Shown one piece after another: positions 10,148 to 19,855 of a stretch of 64,000 bases of DNA. Each line of letters starts with the position of its first letter. Within the stretch, counting starts at the first letter, position 1. A model generated the notes under the pieces. That model was not told the DNA's origin, ran no database searches, and was given only the letters and a program-made list of their open reading frames with translations. A program made the translations under genes and the position numbers. The DNA comes from Candidatus Latescibacterota bacterium (GTDB lineage: Bacteria; Latescibacterota; UBA2968; SICM01), in the NCBI GenBank assembly GCA_965217865.1, contig CBDCJO010000001.1, positions 32,001 to 96,000 on the forward strand, read 5' to 3'.

Positions 10148-11473
10148 TCAATCCTTAATGGCTTTGTCCTTATGAATTGGACACCGCCCCTGCCGGATAT
10201 GCTCTTCGAACTCCTCCCGGAAGGCAAGGATCGTTCCCTGGGTTGGATATGAGAATGCCGGCCCAAAAAGGCAGATCGTGGAATACCTCGGGCTCAACAG
10301 TCCCGCGACATTATCCGCCACGTTCAACAGCATATCCAAATCCCCGGGTTTTCCGTGTCCCTGTTCTATTCGCTTCAATACATCCCGGATCCAGGGGGCC
10401 CCCTCTCGACAGGGTGTACACTGCCCGCACGATTCGTGAGCGAAGAACTGCATCAGATTGAGCAGCATGTCCACCATACACGTCGTGTCATCCATCACGA
10501 TTATTCCCCCTGTCCCGAACATCCCCTTAAACTCACCCTTGCCTGGCAGAAGCCACGCGTCGGGGCTCATGACGACATCGATTTGGTCAGGCGTAATCGG
10601 AAGGGTAGAGGCCCCACCCGGAATAACCGCCTTCAAAGTATGGCCGTCCCGGACCCCGCCGGCATAGTCTTCGATGATCTCCCGCATGGTCGTCGCCCCG
10701 AGTTCCAACTCGAACAAACCGGGGTTTTTTACTTGACCGCTCACGCAGAAGATGAAAGTACCCGGATACTTCGGGTTGCCGACCCCCTTGAACCATAAGG
10801 CGCCTTGCTTAATGATGTGGGGGATATAACTGAGTGTCTGAACATTGTTGACCGTCGTCGGGGATTCGAAAATCCCTCTTTGCGCGGGAAAAGGAGGCTT
10901 TACACGGGGTTCCGCCCTTTTTCCCTCCAACGACTGCATCAGACCTGTCTCCTCCCCGCAGATATAAGCCCCCGCGCCAGGGTGCGTGTAGATGTCCAGG
11001 TCGTAGCCCTTGCCGAATATGTCCTTTCCGATATACCCTTTCCCGTAAGCCTCTGCGATGGCCCGGTCCAGCCCCCGCATCCCCTGGGCCATCTCCCCCC
11101 GCACGTAGATGTAGGCCGCCCGGGCACGGATCGCGTACGATGCGATAATCGTCCCTTCGATCAGTTGGTGGGGGTCTCGCTCGATCAGCACCCGGTCCTT
11201 GAACGTACCCGGTTCACTCTCGTCGGCGTTCACGCAGAGATAGGAGGGAACCTTGGGCTCCTTTGGCATAAAACTCCATTTCAAGCCCGTGGGAAACCAC
11301 GCCCCTCCCCTCCCGTTCATCCCGGAATCCTGAACCTCCTTGACGACCTCGTCCGGAGTCATCGTCTTGAGGGCCTTTTCTGCCCCCTGATAACCTCCGA
11401 GACTGATATAGGTATCGATATCCTGAATGTTCGGGACCTCGATATTTTTCAATATGATCCGATTTTCCGGCAA
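10148..11473 (-). CDS. nuoF: NADH-quinone oxidoreductase subunit F
   Basis: GRGGAWFPTG, NADESEPGTFKDR, GAGAYICGEET, ESCGQCTPCREG. Confidence 0.97.
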   Translation of the reverse strand: MPENRIILKNIEVPNIQDIDTYISLGGYQGAEKALKTMTPDEVVKEVQDSGMNGRGGAWFPTGLKWSFMPKEPKVPSYLCVNADESEPGTFKDRVLIERDPHQLIEGTIIASYAIRARAAYIYVRGEMAQGMRGLDRAIAEAYGKGYIGKDIFGKGYDLDIYTHPGAGAYICGEETGLMQSLEGKRAEPRVKPPFPAQRGIFESPTTVNNVQTLSYIPHIIKQGALWFKGVGNPKYPGTFIFCVSGQVKNPGLFELELGATTMREIIEDYAGGVRDGHTLKAVIPGGASTLPITPDQIDVVMSPDAWLLPGKGEFKGMFGTGGIIVMDDTTCMVDMLLNLMQFFAHESCGQCTPCREGAPWIRDVLKRIEQGHGKPGDLDMLLNVADNVAGLLSPRYSTICLFGPAFSYPTQGTILAFREEFEEHIRQGRCPIHKDKAIKD

Positions 11474-11565
11474 AGCGCTGCTCCCGGAGTCGGCCTCACT
11501 TGAGGACCAACCTCCGTTATGTGGCTTGTAAGCTTTGACTCGTGATCCGCGACTTGTGACTTATT

Positions 11566-12063
11566 TTATATCTTCTGTTTGTTGACATAGGCCTCCGGAT
11601 CCGTAAGGATGCCGTCCAGTTTGGCCCGGGTGATACGGTGAATGAGGGTTTCGTTCAACATGATCACGGGCGCGGTTCCGCAGGACGCGACACATTCGGA
11701 CTTCAGAATCGTGAACTGCCCGTCCTGCGTGGTCTCACCCACACTCACACGCAGCTTTTCTTTAAGCAGATCGACGATGCTTTCCGCCCCGAGCAGGGCG
11801 CACGACAGGGTGGCGCAGACGTGGATGAGATACCGCCCCACCGGTTTAAAATGATACATTGGGTAGAAAGTCGCGACACCTGCCACCCAAGATGGTGGCA
11901 GTTCCAGGAGACTCGCAACGTACTGGATGACATCCAGGGAAAGATATCCGAATTCGCGTTGGGCAAGGTGAAGGGCGGGCAACATCGCAGGTTGCTTGTA
12001 TGGATAATGGGTCAGGAGTTGATCGAACTCCTTCTGGGCCTCTTGGGAAAACTGAACGGACAT
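11566..12063 (-). CDS. nuoE: NADH-quinone oxidoreductase subunit E
   Basis: VATFY plus the 2Fe-2S motif VCATLSC...ECVASC; start taken at ATG 12063. Confidence 0.95.
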   Translation of the reverse strand: MSVQFSQEAQKEFDQLLTHYPYKQPAMLPALHLAQREFGYLSLDVIQYVASLLELPPSWVAGVATFYPMYHFKPVGRYLIHVCATLSCALLGAESIVDLLKEKLRVSVGETTQDGQFTILKSECVASCGTAPVIMLNETLIHRITRAKLDGILTDPEAYVNKQKI

Positions 12064-12218
12064 CTTTATTACCTTTTCCCCTATCCACACCGGAATTCAG
12101 AATACGGGAGCCAGAATACAAGAGAAGAGCAATCCATCAGCCCTCCACACCCAAATCCAATCCTGCATTTGGCTTTCATTCTGAATTCAGTCTTCTGACT
12201 TCTGTATTCTGCTTTTCA

Positions 12219-14027
12219 TTACCGATCCAACTCCCCTGCGATCACATTGATGCTTCCCAGTATAGCCACCAGATCCGACAACATATGGCCTTTCACCATC
12301 TCGGGAAACGCCTGATAATTCATGAAGCAGGGCGGCCGCACGCGCAGCCGCCACGCCCGGTCGCTTCCGTCGCTCACGATAAACCACCCCAGTTCCCCAT
12401 TGGGGGACTCTGTGTAGGAATATATCTCCCCAGGGGGAAGTTGGATTCCATGTCCGTCCATGATGATCTTGAAATGGTGAATAAGCGACTCCATTTTCGT
12501 ATAGGTTTCAGCCTTCTCGGGAAGGATCAGCTTCGGGTCATCCACTTTCACAGAACCTTCGGGAAGGTTGCGGACCGCCTGGTCTACGATCTTGATGCTC
12601 TGAAGCATTTCTTCCATTCGAACCAGGTAACGGTCGTAGACGTCCCCCCTTGACCCAACCGGGATGTCGAAATCAAAGTCCTCATAACACGAATAGGGTT
12701 CCGCCTTTCGGATATCCCGTTCCACGCCCGACCCGCGAAGGCAGGGGCCGGTGAAACTCCACGCGATGGCATCCTCGGCCGAGACCACACCGATCCCCTT
12801 GGTCCGGTCGATCCAGATCCTGTTCCGCGTCAAAAGGGTGTCTATGTCTTCAAACGCCTTCGGAAACTGTGCCGTAAAGTCCGTCACAATCTTCACGAAG
12901 TCGGTAGGAACATCGTGCATCACACCCCCGACCCTTGTATAACTGGTCGTCAGCCTGGCGCCGGTGACTGCCTCGAAGATGTTATAAAGCCTTTCCCGCT
13001 GCTCGAAACCGTAAAGGAAGACGGTAAAAGCACCGATATCCAGAGCGTGCGTCCCCAACCATACCAGGTGGTCGGCGATGCGCGAAAGTTCACAAAGGAT
13101 GACACGGATGTATTCCGCCCGCTCTGGAACTTCGATGCCGAGTAATTTTTCCACCGCCATTGAATACCCTACATTATTTGCCAGGGGGGATAGATAGTTC
13201 ATCCTGTCCGTAACAACCACGTACTGGTTGTAGTTCATGTTCTCGCCGAGTTTCTCGAACCCCGTGTGGAGATAGCCGATGTCGGGGACGCAGTTCGCGA
13301 TCCGTTCACCTTCCATTTCCAGTACAAGGCGTAGCGTCCCGTGCGTGGCCGGATGCTGCGGGCCAAGATTTAGGGTCATGCGTTCCGAATCGAGCGAATC
13401 GGCCGGTTTCGCCGTGTCATTTTTCGGTGCTGTTTTGATCTGGAAGACGTCTTCGATATTCACGAATCCGGGATCCTCCCGGGCAATCACATCCCGCTCA
13501 CCTTTCCCTTTAAGCGGGTAATCCTTTCGGAGTGGATAGTCCTCGAAATCCACGGGCATCAGGATACGACGAAGATCTGGATGTCCCTCGAACCGAATGC
13601 CGAACATGTCATACGCCTCTCGCTCGGGCCAGAGCGCTCCTTTCCACACCGGGACGGCCGAGGGGATTGATGCCTCGAACTCCTCCACAAGGGCCTTCAC
13701 AAGCACTCGCCCCCGATGTTCCGTCCCCTGATATGAGCAAAGGCAGTATACAACCCCATAACGGGTCGGGGCGTCGGTCGGGGTGTAATCCCGATAATCC
13801 ACGGCTGTCACATCCACAAGGAAATTAAACCGCAGAGAAGGATCATCCCGTAAAAAGGTTAGGATCTCCGTGATCCGCCCCTTTTTGACCGTGATTATCC
13901 AGTCGTCGCGAAATTCGCGGGCATCGACGATTTCTTTCGGAAACCGCTCGCGGACCTTCTCTACGGTCGTCTCCCCGAACGCCCGAACCTGTAAAGCTTC
14001 TTCCTTTGTTTTCATCTCTTTAGCCAT
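12219..14027 (-). CDS. nuoCD: Fused NADH-quinone oxidoreductase subunit C/D
   Basis: NuoC motif EREAYDMFGIRFEGHPDLRRIL followed by NuoD LNLGPQHPATHG...GELDR. Confidence 0.96.
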   Translation of the reverse strand: MAKEMKTKEEALQVRAFGETTVEKVRERFPKEIVDAREFRDDWIITVKKGRITEILTFLRDDPSLRFNFLVDVTAVDYRDYTPTDAPTRYGVVYCLCSYQGTEHRGRVLVKALVEEFEASIPSAVPVWKGALWPEREAYDMFGIRFEGHPDLRRILMPVDFEDYPLRKDYPLKGKGERDVIAREDPGFVNIEDVFQIKTAPKNDTAKPADSLDSERMTLNLGPQHPATHGTLRLVLEMEGERIANCVPDIGYLHTGFEKLGENMNYNQYVVVTDRMNYLSPLANNVGYSMAVEKLLGIEVPERAEYIRVILCELSRIADHLVWLGTHALDIGAFTVFLYGFEQRERLYNIFEAVTGARLTTSYTRVGGVMHDVPTDFVKIVTDFTAQFPKAFEDIDTLLTRNRIWIDRTKGIGVVSAEDAIAWSFTGPCLRGSGVERDIRKAEPYSCYEDFDFDIPVGSRGDVYDRYLVRMEEMLQSIKIVDQAVRNLPEGSVKVDDPKLILPEKAETYTKMESLIHHFKIIMDGHGIQLPPGEIYSYTESPNGELGWFIVSDGSDRAWRLRVRPPCFMNYQAFPEMVKGHMLSDLVAILGSINVIAGELDR

Positions 14028-14051
14028 AACCCTACCTTAAATCTCGCGGAA

Positions 14052-14417
14052 CTAATCCCACTCAAGCCCCCCCCTGCGCCAAACGTATACAAACCCGATC
14101 AACAGCACCCCGATGAAGACGAACATCTCCCAGAAAATCAGGGAACCCTCCGAAAGCAAATCGCGAAATACCACGGCCCACGGGTACATAAAGACGACCT
14201 CGATGTCGAAGATGATGAAGATCATCGCGATCAGATAAAACTTGATCGAAAAACGAAATCGAGCATCGCCTAAAGGAGGTACTCCGGACTCGTATGGGGA
14301 GAGCTTGATGGGATTGGGACGCCGGGGGCCGAAAAGATGGGTGAGCAGGAGGTTTAACAGACCGAATCCGAGTGCGATGACCAGCAAGATGAGAATCGGA
14401 AGATACTCAGTGATCAT
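14052..14417 (-). CDS. nuoA: NADH-quinone oxidoreductase subunit A
   Basis: PYESG, FIIFDIEVVFMYPW, GGLEW. Confidence 0.97.
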   Translation of the reverse strand: MITEYLPILILLVIALGFGLLNLLLTHLFGPRRPNPIKLSPYESGVPPLGDARFRFSIKFYLIAMIFIIFDIEVVFMYPWAVVFRDLLSEGSLIFWEMFVFIGVLLIGFVYVWRRGGLEWD

Positions 14418-14542
14418 TCTGACTTTCGAGTCTGAAATGTGGATTGGTCTGAAAGCGATCCCGAAAATGATGGGCCTAAAGGAAGGTCACAAACAGGCCC
14501 TTATGGTCCCCCTTATCACCACGGTGGGTATATACAAATTTT

Positions 14543-14571
14543 AGTATATAATAACCTTTATGAAATGTCAA
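14543..14571 (-). promoter_or_regulatory. sigma70-type promoter of the nuo operon
   Basis: Minus strand reads TTGACA-17 nt-TATACT about 125 bp upstream of nuoA. Confidence 0.75.
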
Positions 14572-14732
14572 GCCGTTTCTAACAGAAGCCCTCTTTTCTC
14601 GAGGGGCATGGACAAACTTGCGCTGAGATCCTGTGTTTTGGATCGTACCGCTGGAGGTATGCGCTGGAACGATATATAACCTTGCACTCAATTTAACTTC
14701 AGATATGATCTCCGTCGATAACCGGGATTAGC

Positions 14733-16001
14733 TTAACCTGCGCGAGACGCCCCTAAAAAAAGTGGTTTTATATGCCTCTCCAGGAGGTTTTCGGTCACGT
14801 TTTTTCCGATGATTTCCTTAAATTCTTGTAAGGATCCCAAAAATCGCTCTCCCATTTCCGCGGCTATTTTAAATCCTAAGTGCATCAGTTGCCTCAGGTT
14901 TCTATCGTAATGGGCATTTGAAGGTTCGTGTCTTAAGGCATCCGCAAACCGTTCAGGCGCCCAATCCTCCACTTCCCCGGGTTCGGATAAGGCCGTTCGC
15001 TCGATGTCGATCACCGCCCCGTATGGCCCGCACAACTCCTCGACCCGTTCATACGCGATTCGATAGATCTCCTTTACCGTCTCCAAACCCCGCCCCCCCG
15101 CTTCCGCAAGGCCGATGGCTTCCTCCAGCCAGGTCGTACCGGCCGTCTTTAAGTGAAGTCCTGCGTCAAATTCCACCAAGGCATCATAGATCGGCCCATA
15201 TATTGAAAATTTATCACTCCCGGTGTGAACGCTCAATTTGAGGTCCTTGGGAAGGCCAAACGCATTCACGGCATAGGCCACTGCCGAGAGATCTGCCCTG
15301 AACTCTCTTGAAAAGTTGTCGATATCCCCCACATAGTCCACCCCTTTATAGAAATTCCCGACGAATTTCGGAGCGATGGCTTGAACGGGGACCCCCAAAT
15401 CGGCCAGCTCAGCAAGGATCAGCAACAGTTCCTCTGCGGTTTGGGGCGTATCGGTCTCATCCATGGAAACTTCCGTGATGAAATTCCCCCGGCCTTTCGT
15501 TCCCTCGATAAGCCTGTATGTCTCAGCTGCCTGATCGATCGCTACGAGATATTTACCTCCAAAGTCCCTCAGGTCGCTTTCTGATAACTTCAAGGGCGTC
15601 TTCAATCCTTCCAGTTGGATCGATTCCTTTGTGAAGCCTTCGTGTTTCGAAATAGACGCTTTGATTCTATCCTGACTCGGGGACCGGCCGATCGCATCGG
15701 CGACATCCAGCGTAAAATAGTCCGCATAAGGGAGAAAAGGTCCGACGGTGTCCGGGTTGATGTGATCGGCATCCATAAAATAAGGGTCGGACCATCCGGT
15801 CTCTCTTACGGCCCGGTCCGCCTCTTCCCGGGTCGAAAGGGGGTCCGATCCGATGATCCGATGCTCCCGGTAGGATTTGTTCCAGACCGGACACACGGTA
15901 ATCCCGCTCGTTTTCTGAGCGGAGATGAAGGACGCTATCTGTGCGATTCCTTCCTGACCAAATCTGTCCCCAATTCCTAAGCTCAGTTTCGGAAGCACCA
16001 T
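14733..16001 (-). CDS. uxaE: Tagaturonate/fructuronate epimerase, UxaE family
   Basis: SLGIGDRFG, DADH, EVSMDETD, FYKGVDYVGD, KLSVHTGSDKFS, HLKTAGTTWLE. Confidence 0.88.
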   Translation of the reverse strand: MVLPKLSLGIGDRFGQEGIAQIASFISAQKTSGITVCPVWNKSYREHRIIGSDPLSTREEADRAVRETGWSDPYFMDADHINPDTVGPFLPYADYFTLDVADAIGRSPSQDRIKASISKHEGFTKESIQLEGLKTPLKLSESDLRDFGGKYLVAIDQAAETYRLIEGTKGRGNFITEVSMDETDTPQTAEELLLILAELADLGVPVQAIAPKFVGNFYKGVDYVGDIDNFSREFRADLSAVAYAVNAFGLPKDLKLSVHTGSDKFSIYGPIYDALVEFDAGLHLKTAGTTWLEEAIGLAEAGGRGLETVKEIYRIAYERVEELCGPYGAVIDIERTALSEPGEVEDWAPERFADALRHEPSNAHYDRNLRQLMHLGFKIAAEMGERFLGSLQEFKEIIGKNVTENLLERHIKPLFLGASRAG

Positions 16002-16078
16002 AGGGATTTCTCCTCTACATCAAATTCGCCCGGATACGGCGTTCCACCCCATTGGACCGGGAATTTCAGAAAAGTCCT

Positions 16079-16522
16079 TTATTCTTCCCAGGAGGCTCCC
16101 GAAACCTCGATATTACGGGTGTTCTCGCCGGAAACTCGGATCCGTACGCGGATCGTCTCTTCCGGAAGGAGGTGGTCTACGCGGTCTGCCCATTCGAGCA
16201 AGCAGACCTCGTTTCCGAAGATATAGTCCTCCCAACCGATGTTGTCAAGATCGCTGGGCTTCTCGACCCGAAAGAGATCGAGGTGATAAACCCGGGTGTT
16301 GGTTCCGTCGACCAGACGCCCGGAATATTCATTGGCGATCACAAAGGTGGGACTGTTTGGAAGTTCCAATACGCCGAGGCCTTTGCAAATCCCCTGGATC
16401 AAACATGTCTTTCCGGCACCCAGGTTTCCCGTACACGCGACGATGGACCCCTTGCAAAGTTTCGTGGCGAGACGGAGGCCGAAGGCCATGGTCTCCTCGG
16501 GGTTATCGGAGTTCAGGATCAT
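16079..16522 (-). CDS. tsaE: tRNA threonylcarbamoyladenosine biosynthesis ATPase
   Basis: GNLGAGKT, SPTF, HLDLFR, LEW. Confidence 0.95.
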   Translation of the reverse strand: MILNSDNPEETMAFGLRLATKLCKGSIVACTGNLGAGKTCLIQGICKGLGVLELPNSPTFVIANEYSGRLVDGTNTRVYHLDLFRVEKPSDLDNIGWEDYIFGNEVCLLEWADRVDHLLPEETIRVRIRVSGENTRNIEVSGASWEE

Positions 16523-16663
16523 GAGATCGGATACGGGCGGGATTAAACAGAAACGGAAAACGCTGCGTGATTTGAGAGGGGGATGAGAAAGCAGAGAGGG
16601 GGTGCTCGATGAAGACCCCTGTCTTGAGTCCGGTTGTGATTAGGTTATATTTGCCGTCATCGA

Positions 16664-18244
16664 CTATTTCGATGTCATGGTGACCACGGGTAGGATCATC
16701 TCCTCCAGAGAAATGCCGCCGTGCTGGAAACTGCCTTTGTACTGTCGCTGAAATTCGTGAAAACGGCTCGGGTAGACGAAGTAATAGTCCTCTTTTGTAA
16801 TGATATAGTTGGTGCCGACACCGAAAGTTGGCAGGCAGTAAGCCTCAGGGTCCGCGATATGGATGGCGTGCCGGGAGTCGCAGCGAATGTTTTTTCCACA
16901 TTTATAGCGAAGACCGGTGGTCGTATCCCGATTCCCATGAGCCACGGTGGCGCGAGTTCCGAAAACCGAGCCGTGGTCCGTAGTCAGGACGATCACGCTA
17001 TCGGTCTGGGCAAGTCTTCGGAGCATCTCGAACAGCGAAGAGTGGAGAAACCAGGACCGGACCAGAGTGCGAAAAGCGGCTTCGTTCGGAGCCATCTCTT
17101 GCAAAAGTTCCGATTCAGAACGGCCGTGGGCCAGCATATCCAGGAAGTTGACCACCACCGAGACGAGGGGAAACGTTCTGTAGGTATTCAATTTTTTGAC
17201 GAGATTCGTGCCTTCGGAAATATCAAGAACCTTGATATAACGGGTTTCGATCTTTAGCGTCGGATCGATCTCCTGGATCTGCCGATCTAAGAGCTGGTGC
17301 TCATGCCGGTTTAGGCTATGATCGTCGTCGTGGCCTAACGTCCATTCATCGGGATACAGACCGGCCACTTCGCAAGGATACAGGCCTCCGAAAATGGAAT
17401 TACGGGCGTAGGGGGTCGCTGTGGGCAGTATGGAGCAGTAAAGTTCGGATTTGATGTTGAAGAGGTCCAGCAGGAGAGGCTGAATGCCCAGCCAGTGATC
17501 CAGACGCATGCAGTCGATGACGATAAAGAAGACTTGCCGTCCCTCAACGATGTGGGGATAAACGAACTCGGGGAAGATGTCAACAGACAGAGGGGGTGAA
17601 TTCTGGTCATCTTCAAGCCACTCACAGTATGTCCGCTCCATATACTTTCCGAATTCAAGGTTGCACTCCCTCCGCTGATCCGCCTGCATCTGTCGGAGGC
17701 CAGGGTCCATAAGTCGATCTAGCTCCAGGTCCAACTCCGCCGATCTTTGATAGACCCCCGCCCACTTCGGCCAGTCCATCGGTCCGGAGATCGTCTCGCG
17801 GATGTCCGAAGAAACCTTCACAAAGTCCTTGCTTCCCTGATCCTTAAGGATCTGCCGGGCGTCAAACAGCTTTTTGCAAGCCAGGAGGATCTGACTGGGG
17901 TTGACCGGCTTGGTCAGGTAATCGTCGATCCGCTGGCCGATGGCCTCCTCCATCAACCGCTCCTCTTCGTTCTTGGTGATCATAATGACAGGAACGTGTG
18001 GATTGAACTCTTTGATCTCCGCGAGCGTGGACAGCCCGTCTTTCCCGGCCATCATCTCATCGAGGAGGACGGCATCGAAATGGGTATTCCGGATCAGGGT
18101 GATGGCGTCCATCCCGTTGGTCACAGGGGTCACCTCATAGCCTCGTTCTCCGAGGAAAATCATGTGAGGCTCGAGAAGGTCGATCTCATCGTCTGCCCAG
18201 AGGATATGTTTTTTTTCAGTTTCCACCTGGGATATCTCCCCCAT
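16664..18244 (-). CDS. porX: PorX-like response regulator with C-terminal PglZ/alkaline-phosphatase domain
   Basis: Receiver ILWADDEIDLL...LLDEMM...MITKNEEE; PglZ motifs ILPTATPYARN, TTDHG, FQHGGISLEEM. Confidence 0.88.
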   Translation of the reverse strand: MGEISQVETEKKHILWADDEIDLLEPHMIFLGERGYEVTPVTNGMDAITLIRNTHFDAVLLDEMMAGKDGLSTLAEIKEFNPHVPVIMITKNEEERLMEEAIGQRIDDYLTKPVNPSQILLACKKLFDARQILKDQGSKDFVKVSSDIRETISGPMDWPKWAGVYQRSAELDLELDRLMDPGLRQMQADQRRECNLEFGKYMERTYCEWLEDDQNSPPLSVDIFPEFVYPHIVEGRQVFFIVIDCMRLDHWLGIQPLLLDLFNIKSELYCSILPTATPYARNSIFGGLYPCEVAGLYPDEWTLGHDDDHSLNRHEHQLLDRQIQEIDPTLKIETRYIKVLDISEGTNLVKKLNTYRTFPLVSVVVNFLDMLAHGRSESELLQEMAPNEAAFRTLVRSWFLHSSLFEMLRRLAQTDSVIVLTTDHGSVFGTRATVAHGNRDTTTGLRYKCGKNIRCDSRHAIHIADPEAYCLPTFGVGTNYIITKEDYYFVYPSRFHEFQRQYKGSFQHGGISLEEMILPVVTMTSK

Positions 18245-18278
18245 TCGGGTTCGGGTCTTGGTGGGTTGGGTGATGTGC

Positions 18279-19613
18279 TTAATTACTTACCGGCAACAGG
18301 ATCTGAAAGGTCGTCCCGATGCCCGGTCCGCTTTCAACGATTGCGATTCGCCCCCGGTGATATTCTTGGAGGATCCTCCTGACAAGTGTCAGGCCCAGGC
18401 CCCAACCCCGTTTTTTTGTGCTGTAACCCGGCTCAAACACGCGCTTGTGATACCGGGGGCCTATCCCTTTTCCGTTGTCGGTAACCAGAACCTCCACGAA
18501 CTGTTCGTCCCACTTTCGAGTGACCACCTGTACGATCCCCACGCGGTTCTCAATCGCGTCGATGGCGTTCTTGATCAGGTTTTCAAACGCCCAGGCAAAC
18601 AACTCGCGATTGATCGGAACAGGTGGAAGTTTACTGTAATTCTCGACCATCCGTATCTCCTCGCCAAGACGTGCGAACCGGACGCCGAGATATCCCACCG
18701 TCTCGGCGATGACCGCATTCAGGTCCTCCGACCTCAGTTCGGGGACAGAGCCGATTTGGCTGAAGCGCGATACCACCTTGTTCAAACGGCCCAGGTCACG
18801 ATCCATCTCGTTGATGATCTTTGCTAGGCGCTGGGCGTTCGCCTCGTGATCCGTAGTTGTGGATTGTCTTTCTTTCATCAGCTCCAGCCAGCCGTACAGA
18901 GACGAGAGAGGGGTCCCGAGTTGATGGGCCGTCTCTTTGGTCATCCCCACCCAGATGGAATGGGTCTCGTTGTCCCTGATGTTTCTATAACCGATGTAGC
19001 CGACGGTGATGCAAAGCGCGATGACCCCGATGGCCAGGAAGGGGAGAGAGGAGAGACGACGAATAAGGGTCGAATCGCCGTAATGAAGCATCCAGGTCCC
19101 GTGGCCAGGAACCTCGAAGGCCACCGGCTCGTTGGATTCATCCATCTCCTCCTTCTTCTGCATGAGGCTTACTATGTCGATGGAGTCCCCGTACGCGATC
19201 CCCGGGACGTTCGCTTGGATCGGGACCCCATTCTGGTCCGTAACGATCACCGGGAATTTGGGTTTGGAAAGCGTTTCGAAGATGAAATCCAGATCCTGGT
19301 TGTCCTCTACATAATCTGCCGCGGCCAGGCGGTAAAAGAATGCATATTGCCTGGAGGCCGCCCGGGCTTCCTCGCGCATCCGTCCGATCAGCGAAAACTG
19401 GATGTAAAACAACATTCCGAGGACGATCAACAGGGCCCCGAGGATATAATAACTCCTTGAGTACGGTGTTGTCCCGAAAGTCCCCCCCCAGGACTCCAGC
19501 TCCTTCCGGAATCGGCCCCGCAAGGATCCCTTCTTGCCTTTTTGAAGGGGTAAGACGCGAACCGATGGTTCCCCTTTCGGTCCTTTTAAGGGGGCTTCAA
19601 TTTTCAAGCTCAT
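18279..19613 (-). CDS. PorY-like membrane sensor histidine kinase
   Basis: Two TM segments; H-box WVGMTKETAHQLGTPLSSL; N box ENLIKNA; G boxes DNGKG and GWGLGL; adjacent to porX. Confidence 0.88.
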   Translation of the reverse strand: MSLKIEAPLKGPKGEPSVRVLPLQKGKKGSLRGRFRKELESWGGTFGTTPYSRSYYILGALLIVLGMLFYIQFSLIGRMREEARAASRQYAFFYRLAAADYVEDNQDLDFIFETLSKPKFPVIVTDQNGVPIQANVPGIAYGDSIDIVSLMQKKEEMDESNEPVAFEVPGHGTWMLHYGDSTLIRRLSSLPFLAIGVIALCITVGYIGYRNIRDNETHSIWVGMTKETAHQLGTPLSSLYGWLELMKERQSTTTDHEANAQRLAKIINEMDRDLGRLNKVVSRFSQIGSVPELRSEDLNAVIAETVGYLGVRFARLGEEIRMVENYSKLPPVPINRELFAWAFENLIKNAIDAIENRVGIVQVVTRKWDEQFVEVLVTDNGKGIGPRYHKRVFEPGYSTKKRGWGLGLTLVRRILQEYHRGRIAIVESGPGIGTTFQILLPVSN

Positions 19614-19855
19614 TTGGACGATCCTTGAAACGACAAAGATGTAGGAAATACAGGTTTCCTATCTTGACGCCCCAGGAAAATGGTTGTTCCGTGCTTATTT
19701 GAAGATAACCAAGAGGGAGGGAAGTTGTCAATAGAGACTGTCAGCATCTACACGGAGACGAATTTGAAACGGAGAGCCCGGAGTTTTCCATGGCTCCTGA
19801 CCTCTGAAACCCGGCCCTGGTATTACGATTTACGATTTACACCCCTGGAGGTCTT

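Noticed and set aside
12219-14027. NuoBCD triple fusion explaining the missing nuoB
   Set aside because: 602 aa accounts for C plus D only, and no NuoB cysteine motifs are present.
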